In this document: piece by piece, positions 40,156 through 48,366 of the stretch
How the letters are laid out: every line of letters begins with the position of its first letter
Numbering within the stretch: the stretch's first letter is position 1
Assembly (NCBI GenBank): GCA_016876035.1
Contig: VGOE01000003.1
Location: 1 to 62,933 of the forward strand
Source: Chloroflexota bacterium
GTDB taxonomy: Bacteria; Chloroflexota; Dehalococcoidia; UBA2247; RBG-13-53-26
Reading direction: 5' to 3'
DNA: 62,933 nucleotides
Notes under the pieces: model-generated
What the model was told of the DNA's origin: nothing
What the model saw: the letters and a program-made list of their open reading frames with translations, nothing else
Databases searched by the model: none
Made by a program: the position numbers and the translations under genes

Positions 40156-40821
40156 ATGACAAAGTGGCAGTGTGTGCAATGTGGTTACTTCTTCGACGGA
40201 ACGAGACCGCCGGAACCATGCCCTGGCTGTAAGTCAGCTTGCAGCTACACCGATGTCACCTGCTATCGCCCTGAATGTGGTGGCCCCGTGAATGCCGACC
40301 CTATGCTTCTGGGCATGATTACCAAGCGTACTGGATTAGCCGCCCCTCTACGTCCCTCACAGACGGCTGCCCCGCAGGAGGTAGTCTATGCAGAGAAAGT
40401 GAGCAAGGAAATCCTATTTCAGGGGCTGAGCGAAAAGGAGATACAGCAGGTATTGGCCACTGGTGAAATTAAGACCTATGAACCTGGCGATGTCGTGTTT
40501 AAGGAAGGCGCTGAGTCAGTGCATATCTACATTGTCGAGCAAGGGAAACTGGCCGTGCTGGCTCCAGAAGGGAAAACCGCCTATCTAGCTTCAGACGGAG
40601 ATGTTCTTGGTTGGTCGAGTTTGATGCTGCCCTACAAGCGGACTGCTTCAGCCAACGCCCTGGAAAAAAGCCGTGTTGTTGTCATCGACCACACCAAACT
40701 GCAAGACTTTTGCGCCCAGAACCCATCTATAGGCTACAAGATCACGCAAAACGTCGGGCGGATTATGGCTGCCAGGATGAGGACTGCCAAAGCGATGTCA
40801 GTGGATTTGGTCTACGGCTAA
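40156..40821 (+). CDS. Rubredoxin-like Cys domain fused to cyclic-nucleotide-binding domain
   Basis: WQCVQCGY...PPEPCPGC...DVTCYRPECG, then LFQGLSE.E, Y..G.VVF.EG, G.VLGWSSL...RTASA; no HTH. Confidence 0.75.
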   Translation: MTKWQCVQCGYFFDGTRPPEPCPGCKSACSYTDVTCYRPECGGPVNADPMLLGMITKRTGLAAPLRPSQTAAPQEVVYAEKVSKEILFQGLSEKEIQQVLATGEIKTYEPGDVVFKEGAESVHIYIVEQGKLAVLAPEGKTAYLASDGDVLGWSSLMLPYKRTASANALEKSRVVVIDHTKLQDFCAQNPSIGYKITQNVGRIMAARMRTAKAMSVDLVYG

Positions 40822-41004
40822 GGCAGCAATGAGAATTCAGTTGTCGGCTTTTGGAAGAGGTGGAAAATTTTTAGCCTCTTTTCGAGTTGGCGCATCTCCA
40901 GTCGGCGCATTCAATGAATGACTTCATGACATGCTATGGCACTCCGGTGGGGTTTACAACTGCCCACGTTTTGTGGGTACTTTCTTTGAAGGGAGCGTAG
41001 GAGT

Positions 41005-42153
41005 ATGAATGCAGTCGTGCCCTATAAGGAAGCGGTGGACGCTGTAACAGAGGCAGGCGGTGAAGCGCTGAAGCAATGCTATCAGTGCGGTCTGTGTACT
41101 GGCATCTGCCCCTGGAATCTGGTTAGAAGCTTCCCCACCCGCAAGCTAATCCATCAGGCACAGCTCGGCGTAGTCGACTTCGAAGGTGAGGACACCTGGA
41201 TATGTGCCACCTGCCGGGCCTGCGTGGTCCGCTGCCCACGCGAGGTAGCCATCATCGATATTATGAAAGCCCTGCGTGGAGTGATAGTGGAGATGGGAGC
41301 TGGCTACTGTCCCGAGTCACTCCGGGTCACATTGAAAAACATCGCCGGTGCCGGTAACCCGCTGGGAGAAGCTCCCGAAGATAGAACGGCTTGGACAAGG
41401 GACCTGAAGGTGAAGACCTTTGCCAAGGGCACCAATGTACTGTATTTTTCCTGCTGTATCCCGGCCTATGATCCTAACATCAGAAGGGTAGCTCGTGCCA
41501 CAGCCAACATCCTTAACAAAGCAGGTGTTGACTTCGGCATCCTGGGTTCCAAGGAAAGCTGCTGTGGCGAAAGCGTGCGCAAGGCGGGAAACGAAAGCCT
41601 TTTCCAGAAGCTGGCGCAGAGCAATATCAGTGCTTTTGTCGATAACGATGTCAATAGAATCGTGGTGAGCTCGCCTCACTGCTATCATTCTTTCAAAAAC
41701 GAATATCCTGCGCTGGGGGGCAAGTTTGAAGTAATGCACTTCACTCAATATCTGGCACAGCTTATCCGTGATGGTAGACTCAAGCTAACCAAAGAAGTCA
41801 AAGCAAAGGTCACCTATCATGATCCATGTTATCTTGGGCGTCACAACGATGTGTACGACGAGCCGAGAGAGGTCTTAAGAAGCATCCCCGGACTGGAGCT
41901 GGTAGAGATGGCCGACCATCGTGAAAATAGCTTTTGTTGTGGTGGTGGTGGCGGAAGGATTTGGATGGAGACCAAGAAGGGAGAGAGGCTTTCCGACCTC
42001 AGGTTGGAGCAGGCTGAAGCGACGGGGGCGAGTATATTGGTGGCTGCCTGTCCCTACTGCATAGCTAATTTTGAGGATAGCGTATTAACAATGGACAAGG
42101 GCGCTGCTATTCAGGTTAAGGACATCTCGGAATTGGTTCAAGAGGCAGTGTAA
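41005..42153 (+). CDS. HdrD/GlpC-like Fe-S protein (2x[4Fe-4S] + two CCG domains)
   Basis: CYQCGLCTGICP, CATCRACVVRCP, ESCCGE, SPHC, YHDPCYLGR, CCGGGGG, ACPYC. Confidence 0.9.
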   Translation: MNAVVPYKEAVDAVTEAGGEALKQCYQCGLCTGICPWNLVRSFPTRKLIHQAQLGVVDFEGEDTWICATCRACVVRCPREVAIIDIMKALRGVIVEMGAGYCPESLRVTLKNIAGAGNPLGEAPEDRTAWTRDLKVKTFAKGTNVLYFSCCIPAYDPNIRRVARATANILNKAGVDFGILGSKESCCGESVRKAGNESLFQKLAQSNISAFVDNDVNRIVVSSPHCYHSFKNEYPALGGKFEVMHFTQYLAQLIRDGRLKLTKEVKAKVTYHDPCYLGRHNDVYDEPREVLRSIPGLELVEMADHRENSFCCGGGGGRIWMETKKGERLSDLRLEQAEATGASILVAACPYCIANFEDSVLTMDKGAAIQVKDISELVQEAV

Positions 42154-42268
42154 GCTGTCTCTTGGGTCAGATCGATATTACCAGTTGCAGCTACCACGGG
42201 GAATGCGAGACAAACCTTAGCAAAGACCGCAAAACGGTTTAGCCTATTTGGCGGAATGCGTATTATGC

Positions 42269-42676
42269 ATGTCTAAGAGAAAGATCGCTCTGATGGACTT
42301 CGACCAACTGATTGGAAGGTTGAGGTTCAACCTGGAGAGTGCCAGGAGCGCGATAGAACATGGGGACAGCCGAGAACCCGAGGATCGGGAAGGTCTCCGA
42401 GACTATGTTAACAAGATCGAAGAGAGTATCCAAAAGCTCGAGCTGGCAAAGCAGCTATCACAAAAAGGCAGGCTGAATGGAGAAGATGTAGGAAGGGCGA
42501 TGAGTATTACCTGCTTCGGAAACATCGGCTACTGCTGCGGGCTGAAGAAAGCATGTGTTTGGAGAGATGCTTGCCGCCAAGCCTTGGGGATAGATGATGA
42601 TACTTACACTGAAGTCAAAGAGGCAGTAATTCAGGACATTCTCGAGCGTGCTAATCGGATGGACAGCGGAACTTAG
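42269..42676 (+). CDS. Hypothetical protein with Cys-rich motif resembling one repeat of methanogenesis marker domain 9
   Basis: TCFGNIGYCCGLKKACVWRDACRQALGIDDDTYTEVK; N-terminal coiled-coil-like region. Confidence 0.6.
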   Translation: MSKRKIALMDFDQLIGRLRFNLESARSAIEHGDSREPEDREGLRDYVNKIEESIQKLELAKQLSQKGRLNGEDVGRAMSITCFGNIGYCCGLKKACVWRDACRQALGIDDDTYTEVKEAVIQDILERANRMDSGT

Positions 42677-42850
42677 CACTTAGTCTGTTCAAGCCTTCGG
42701 ATACGGCCGTAGTCATAGTTAGTCAATGGCTAAAGGGAGCCCGGGCCGTAAGCGTTTATGGATCATTTGCTAGACTATCTGATTGTGAGGCAAGAGATCA
42801 ACAAACTCGACGTTGACACTCATGTTGAAGAGTGACTGGAGGTTAGAGAA

Positions 42851-44641
42851 GTGTGGATAACTGAAGATAAAGGGGTTGCCCGTGTTGAAGAGGCAGTAAA
42901 GCAATTTCTGCCACCTTGCCAGATCAAGTGTCCTATCAATGAAGATATCCAGCGCACAAATGTGCTCATCTCACTCCTTCCGGAGGATCTGGACTCGGCA
43001 AGGGAGGGGATTATCCAGATAAGCGATCACCTCTATGACAAGAACCCTTTCTTCAACATCTGCGGTTACATTTGCGGATTGTGTGAACTTGAGTGCAATT
43101 ACAAGATCAAGGGAGGTGCAGTCAGAAGAAGACTCCTCAAGAGATTTTTGTCTGATGTCTACACCTATCATCTCCCTGAGAAAAATGAACTGAATATCGT
43201 TAAGGACAAGGAGAATGTGGCTGTCATAGGCGGTGGGCCGGGTGGCTTGATGTGCGCCTATATCTTGAGCAAGAAGGGGTATAGGGTAACCATCTTCGAG
43301 GCGTCCAACCGCCTGGGTGGAGCGCTGTGGCTGATACCGAGCTATCGTTTACCCGAAGCTGTTTTGCAGACAACGCTGAACAATCTGATCAGGATTGCCG
43401 CTCTGGATGTTAGGTTTGGTGCAAAGCTGGGTGAGGGCAGGCTGACGATAGATAGGCTTAGAAACGAAGGTTACAGGGCAATTTTTCTGGCAAAAGGGAC
43501 ACCTTACCCCAGAGTGCTGACGTTCGATGGAGAGACAGTACCAGGGCAGGATCTTTCTGGGGTAATGTATGGGCATACTCTTCTTTACGAGGTTAGCCAC
43601 GGCAACATCGGGAGGGACTATTTTGAGGGGAAAAAACTGATAGTCATTGGCGGTGGGAACGTAGCCTTTGACGTTGCCAGAACGGCAAAGCGATTGGGAG
43701 GCGATGTGACTATCGTCTGTCTGGAATCTGAGGACAAGACCTCCAAGGACGGTATTCCTGCTGACGATGAAGAAATTACCGCGGCGTGGGAAGAGGGGTT
43801 AAGGATCGTTTATTCCCGTGGTGTACAGAAGATTATCGGGCAACATGGGAGATTCAAGGGCCTTGTCTGTCCGAGGTGTGTCGGTGTGTTTGATGAGACC
43901 GGATTCAACCCCAAGTTTGATTGCAGCGACTGCATTGATCTTGAAGGGGACACGCTCGTAATCACGGTAGGACAGATACCCGATAGGGCCTTTCTAAATA
44001 GAGAAGGCCTTCTGGATGAGAAAGGCCGACTTGTGGTAGACCCCATCACACTGCAGAGCTTGAGGAGAGGCTTCGTGTTCATAGGCGGGGATGTGAGGAG
44101 GATCGGCTTTATGGTCGAAGCCATGAAGGAAGGCATGGTGGCTGCCGACTCCATAGAGAGGTATTTGAGAGGCCTGGATATGAGGGAAGGCAGGAAGAGG
44201 GAATATGAAGGCTATGGGATTCCTTTGAGGAAATCGTACAAGCCTGAGGTGGAAGTGGCCTGGATACCACCAGAAAAGAGGATGCACTTCCAACTGTTTG
44301 AGAAGGGCCTTACGTTGAAAGAGGCGATTGAAGAGGCCAAGAGGTGCCTCACTTGCGGCCCCTGTGTCTCGTGTAAGGCCTGTATATCGATTGGTTTCGA
44401 GAAGTCACTGTATGCTGTTGAAGTAGACGAGCAAAGATGTAGTGGTTGCGGCATATGCGTATATGCATGCAATTATGATTCAGCCAGGCTAAGAATGGTT
44501 GAAGGGAAGACCCTCTCTACCACCGATATGTTCAGATGCAAGTCGTGTGGTATGTGTGTCGTGGCCTGCCCTTCACATGCCAGGAAGCTGGTTGACGACG
44601 ATACTGAGCGAAGGATCGAAAGTGCGTTGGCAATTCTATGA
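42851..44641 (+). CDS. GltD/NfnB/SudA-like FAD oxidoreductase with C-terminal 2x[4Fe-4S] ferredoxin
   Basis: PPCQIKCP, ICGYICGLCELEC, IGGGPGG, IPSYRLP, IGGGNVAFD, EAKRCLTC, CSGCGICVYAC, CKSCGMCVVACP. Confidence 0.85.
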   Translation: MWITEDKGVARVEEAVKQFLPPCQIKCPINEDIQRTNVLISLLPEDLDSAREGIIQISDHLYDKNPFFNICGYICGLCELECNYKIKGGAVRRRLLKRFLSDVYTYHLPEKNELNIVKDKENVAVIGGGPGGLMCAYILSKKGYRVTIFEASNRLGGALWLIPSYRLPEAVLQTTLNNLIRIAALDVRFGAKLGEGRLTIDRLRNEGYRAIFLAKGTPYPRVLTFDGETVPGQDLSGVMYGHTLLYEVSHGNIGRDYFEGKKLIVIGGGNVAFDVARTAKRLGGDVTIVCLESEDKTSKDGIPADDEEITAAWEEGLRIVYSRGVQKIIGQHGRFKGLVCPRCVGVFDETGFNPKFDCSDCIDLEGDTLVITVGQIPDRAFLNREGLLDEKGRLVVDPITLQSLRRGFVFIGGDVRRIGFMVEAMKEGMVAADSIERYLRGLDMREGRKREYEGYGIPLRKSYKPEVEVAWIPPEKRMHFQLFEKGLTLKEAIEEAKRCLTCGPCVSCKACISIGFEKSLYAVEVDEQRCSGCGICVYACNYDSARLRMVEGKTLSTTDMFRCKSCGMCVVACPSHARKLVDDDTERRIESALAIL

Positions 44642-44656
44642 ATCAAGAGGGGGCAA

Positions 44657-45076
44657 ATGGGGCATTATGAACCTAAGATAGTCTGTTTCTCGTGCAAGTT
44701 CGGCTGGGGATACCTGGGCGATGATGCTGCGCTCTCCCGCCAGATAAAGAACTGGATTCCTATAATTTGCTCCGGGAAGATTGATAGTACTCACATTCTG
44801 GACGCTTTCAAGCGGGGGGCTGACGGTGTTCTTGTACTCGGTTGTCCCGAAGGCAATTGCCATTACCAGGACGGCAATTTCGAGGCCAGGAAGAGGGTCT
44901 ATCTTCTCCAAAAGATGCTTGAGCCCTATGGAATAGAAAAGGAGAGGCTCCGCATAGTACTGTCAACGGATCCTGGTGGTACGCAGATACCGCAGCTTAT
45001 TAAGGAGATGAGTGACAGAATTGAAAAGCTTGGCCCACTGAAGAAGATAAAGGGCAAAGCTGCTCTAGTGGTCTAA
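44657..45076 (+). CDS. mvhD: MvhD-type [2Fe-2S] subunit (copy 2, divergent)
   Basis: YEPKIVCFSC, ICSGKID, GADGVLVLGCPEGNCHY.DGN, GIEKERL. Confidence 0.85.
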   Translation: MGHYEPKIVCFSCKFGWGYLGDDAALSRQIKNWIPIICSGKIDSTHILDAFKRGADGVLVLGCPEGNCHYQDGNFEARKRVYLLQKMLEPYGIEKERLRIVLSTDPGGTQIPQLIKEMSDRIEKLGPLKKIKGKAALVV

Positions 45077-45094
45077 GGGGGAAAGGAAACGAAG

Positions 45095-46072
45095 ATGGCA
45101 GAGAAACCGAAGGTTGCTATTTGCTGGCTTGGGGGCTGTGGCGGCTGCGATGAAGCGGTGGTCGATATCAATGAGGTAATCCTGCGTGTTGTAGACGCCG
45201 TTGACCTGATACTCTGGCCAGTGGCGCTGGATTTCAAGTACCATCACATTGAGGCCATGAAAGATGGTGAGATCGCCTTGAGTGTGATCAATGGACATGT
45301 CAGGAATTCAGATCACAAAGAGATAGCGGAATTACTTCGCAGAAAGTCCCAGTTGGTACTCGCTTTTGGGGCTTGTGCCTGTTTTGGAGGAACACCTGGG
45401 CTAGCAAACTTGACCACCAAAGAGGACATCTTTAACTGGGTGTATCGTGATGCTCCAACCGTGGTTAACCCAAAAGGAAACCACCCTCAACCCAAAGTCA
45501 GTGTTGACGGGAAAGAATTAACGTTACCAGAATTCTACGAACACGTCTATGCTCTGAATCAGGTGATTGATGTCGACTACTACCTCCCGGGCTGCCCACC
45601 GCCTCCTGATCTAGTAGTCAATGCTATAACTGCTGTCCTGGAAGCCAAGCTGCCCCCCAAGGGTTCGACTTTGGCACCGCATAAGGCTTTGTGTGATACC
45701 TGCCCGCGAAACAAGACAAAACCGGCTAAGATTGCTATAAGTGACATCAAGAGGATTCATGAGGTTGAGGCTGACCCTAATTCCTGCTTTTTGGTGCAGG
45801 GGATACTCTGCCTGGGGCCCGCAACGCGCGCAGGCTGTGGGGAGGCTTGCATAGACATAAACATCCCCTGTCGTGGGTGTTTTGGCCCCGTGGAGGGAGT
45901 GGCTGATGCTGGGGCAAAGTTTGCTTCTGCCTTGGCGTCGATCATCGACGTAGAGGATGAAGAAGAGGTAAAGAAGAGTATCGACACGATTGACGATGTT
46001 ATCGGCTACTTCTATCGTTTTTCCTTACCCTCTTCCATTTTGGGCAAGAAAGATCTCAAGAAGACTATTTGA
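45095..46072 (+). CDS. mvhG: Group 3c [NiFe]-hydrogenase small subunit
   Basis: WLGGCGGC, GACA.FGG, YLPGCPP, CDTC, CF...G.LCLGPATR.GC...C.....PCRGCFGP. Confidence 0.92.
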   Translation: MAEKPKVAICWLGGCGGCDEAVVDINEVILRVVDAVDLILWPVALDFKYHHIEAMKDGEIALSVINGHVRNSDHKEIAELLRRKSQLVLAFGACACFGGTPGLANLTTKEDIFNWVYRDAPTVVNPKGNHPQPKVSVDGKELTLPEFYEHVYALNQVIDVDYYLPGCPPPPDLVVNAITAVLEAKLPPKGSTLAPHKALCDTCPRNKTKPAKIAISDIKRIHEVEADPNSCFLVQGILCLGPATRAGCGEACIDINIPCRGCFGPVEGVADAGAKFASALASIIDVEDEEEVKKSIDTIDDVIGYFYRFSLPSSILGKKDLKKTI

Positions 46073-46084
46073 GGAGCGCTGAAA

Positions 46085-47548
46085 ATGACCAGAAAAGTGA
46101 CCATAAACCCGATTACCAGGCTTGAGGGTCATGGTAAGATCGAAGTCTTCCTCGATGACAAGGGTGGGGTGAGAGATGCCTACTTTCAGGTGGTAGAGTT
46201 GAGGGGCTTTGAAAGGTTCTGCCTGGGAAGGCCAGCGGAGGAGATGCCGAGGATTGTTCCGAATATATGTGGCGTTTGCCCTACGCCGCATAACATGGCA
46301 TCCACAAAGGCACTGGATGACCTGTACGGCGTTGAGCCCACGCCGACTGCCAAGCTAATCAGGCAACTCCATTACAATGCCTTCTACGTGGAAGACCATT
46401 ACATCCACTTCTTCTTCCTGGCTGCACCCGATTTCGTGGTTGGACCGGACGCTGACCCTGCTGAGAGGAACATCGTCGGCGTAATCCAAAAGGTCGGGTT
46501 GGAGATCGGCGGCAAGGTGATCGATATCCGAAAAAGGTGCCGAGATATAATCAGGCTCATTGCCAGTAAGCCATGCCATCCCGAAGGTGGATTGCCCGGC
46601 GGAGTTTCGAGGGGAATCACTGCCGAGGAACGGGAATGGATACGCAAGACTGCTGACGATTCTGTGGAATTTGCCCAGTTTGCCCTGAAGCTGTTCAAGA
46701 ATGTTGTCCTTGATAACAAGCACTACCTCGATCTGGTACTTAGTGATGCCTACAAGCTACAGACCTACTACATGAGTCTTGTCGATGAGAATAAGAAGGT
46801 GAATCTCTATGAGGGTAAGTTAAGAGTCGTGGATCCTCGCGGAAAGGAACACGCCCTTTTTGATCCGCATGACTACATTGATTACATAGGTGAATGGGTA
46901 GAGCCCTGGACGTATATAAGGTTGACTCATCTGAGAAAGGTAGGCTGGAGCGGTTTGATTGAGGGTGATAAGACATCGCTGTACCGTGTTGGCCCTCTTG
47001 CCCGACTCAATGTAGCTGAAGGTATGGCCACGCCCCTAGCCCAGAAGGAGTATGAGCAGATGCATAAGACGCTGGGAGGCAGACCGAGTCACCATACCTT
47101 GGCTTTCCACTGGGCCAGACTGATCGAGGCACTTCAGGCTGCTGAAGATATGCAGAAAATTGCTAATGACCCCATGCTGACTGGCAAGGACCTGCGTAAT
47201 TTGAATTACAGGTTGAAGAAAGTTGGCGTCGGTTGCGTTGAGGCGGCTCGGGGAACATTGATCCATCATTATGAGACGGATGACAATGGAATAATAACCA
47301 GGGTGAACCTCATAGTGGCCACCCAGCACAATGCAGCCCCTATGTGTCTATCGGTGAAAAAGGCGGCTATGGAGTTCGTCAAGGACCACAAGGTGAAAGA
47401 GGGTATGCTGAACATGGTGGAAATGGCCTTCAGGCCTTACGACCCGTGTCTTGCCTGTGCGACGCATGCGCTTCCGGGTGAAATGCCCCTGAACATCAAT
47501 ATAAGGGACAAAGACGGCAGCATAGTCCAAACACTCAAGAGGCCGTAG
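46085..47548 (+). CDS. mvhA: Group 3c [NiFe]-hydrogenase large subunit
   Basis: PITRLEGH, ICGVCP..H, EA.RG.L.HHY, YDPCLACATH plus a cleavable C-terminal tail. Confidence 0.92.
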   Translation: MTRKVTINPITRLEGHGKIEVFLDDKGGVRDAYFQVVELRGFERFCLGRPAEEMPRIVPNICGVCPTPHNMASTKALDDLYGVEPTPTAKLIRQLHYNAFYVEDHYIHFFFLAAPDFVVGPDADPAERNIVGVIQKVGLEIGGKVIDIRKRCRDIIRLIASKPCHPEGGLPGGVSRGITAEEREWIRKTADDSVEFAQFALKLFKNVVLDNKHYLDLVLSDAYKLQTYYMSLVDENKKVNLYEGKLRVVDPRGKEHALFDPHDYIDYIGEWVEPWTYIRLTHLRKVGWSGLIEGDKTSLYRVGPLARLNVAEGMATPLAQKEYEQMHKTLGGRPSHHTLAFHWARLIEALQAAEDMQKIANDPMLTGKDLRNLNYRLKKVGVGCVEAARGTLIHHYETDDNGIITRVNLIVATQHNAAPMCLSVKKAAMEFVKDHKVKEGMLNMVEMAFRPYDPCLACATHALPGEMPLNINIRDKDGSIVQTLKRP

Positions 47549-47891
47549 CTCAGAGTATCTTCTGCCCTGACACCACATTCTAGCCCATCTTGGGTGGGAT
47601 AGTAGGGAGCGCCCCATCCACCTGGGATAACGCTAGGCAGTTGGACGTTTTGCCTCACATTCCTCCATGGTAATTCTATTACCTTCAGGAAGTTTCTTAT
47701 GAATCGTCTGAGTGCACAGCCTTGAACTGTTGTGCAATGCGTTATAATATTAGATTGTGGTAGGTGGGGGGTTGCATAGTATGGCTAAGAGAGGACGCCG
47801 ATTAGACGAGAACAGAAATCAAGGAAGTTGGAGGGAGCTGTTTACAAGATATTTGGAACCCCCCCTTTGGCTATCGATGTTTTAGGCACAA

Positions 47892-48113
47892 ATGAAATAC
47901 ACTGTCATAATCGAGAAAGGTAGTGAATCGGGCTACGTGGCTTATGCTCCTGCCCTGAAGGGCTGCATCTCCCAGGGTGCAACTAGGGAAGAAACCCTGA
48001 GGAACATAAAGGAAGCCATTGAAGCCTATGTCGAAGCTCTGCTTGAGGATGGGCTGCCTGTCCCTACAGAGGTAGGCAAACATACTGTGGAGCTTGAGGT
48101 TCCCACTAGGTGA
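47892..48113 (+). CDS. hicB: HicB-family antitoxin (short, no DNA-binding domain)
   Basis: YVAYAPALKGCISQG.TREE.L.NIKEAI..Y.E.L; 73 aa. Confidence 0.9.
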   Translation: MKYTVIIEKGSESGYVAYAPALKGCISQGATREETLRNIKEAIEAYVEALLEDGLPVPTEVGKHTVELEVPTR

Positions 48114-48343
48114 CCAAGCTACCTCGGGGATTGTCTGGCAAAGAAGTGATCAAGGTGCTAGAGAGGGCGGGGTTCTATATCAAAAGGCGCAAGGGAAGCC
48201 ATGTTGTAATGCGCAGAGACAATCCTTTTACTCAGGTCGTAGTGCCAGACCATAATAATAAGAGCCTTGATACCGGAACGCTAGCGTGGATACTCGATGG
48301 GGCTAACCTATCAGTCCAAGAGTTTACAAAACTTATTAACTAG
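48110..48343 (+). CDS. hicA: HicA-family toxin (mRNA interferase)
   Basis: LSGKEVIK.L...GF...RRKGSH, VVVPDH, GTL..IL; GTGA overlap with hicB. Confidence 0.9.
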   Translation: MTKLPRGLSGKEVIKVLERAGFYIKRRKGSHVVMRRDNPFTQVVVPDHNNKSLDTGTLAWILDGANLSVQEFTKLIN

Positions 48344-48366
48344 TCCTTGCAGTTGCGCAAGGTAGC

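Noticed and set aside
37512-47548. Selenocysteine recoding in HdrA, MvhD or MvhA
   Set aside because: All frames are open, with Cys codons at the usual Sec positions and no in-frame TGA.
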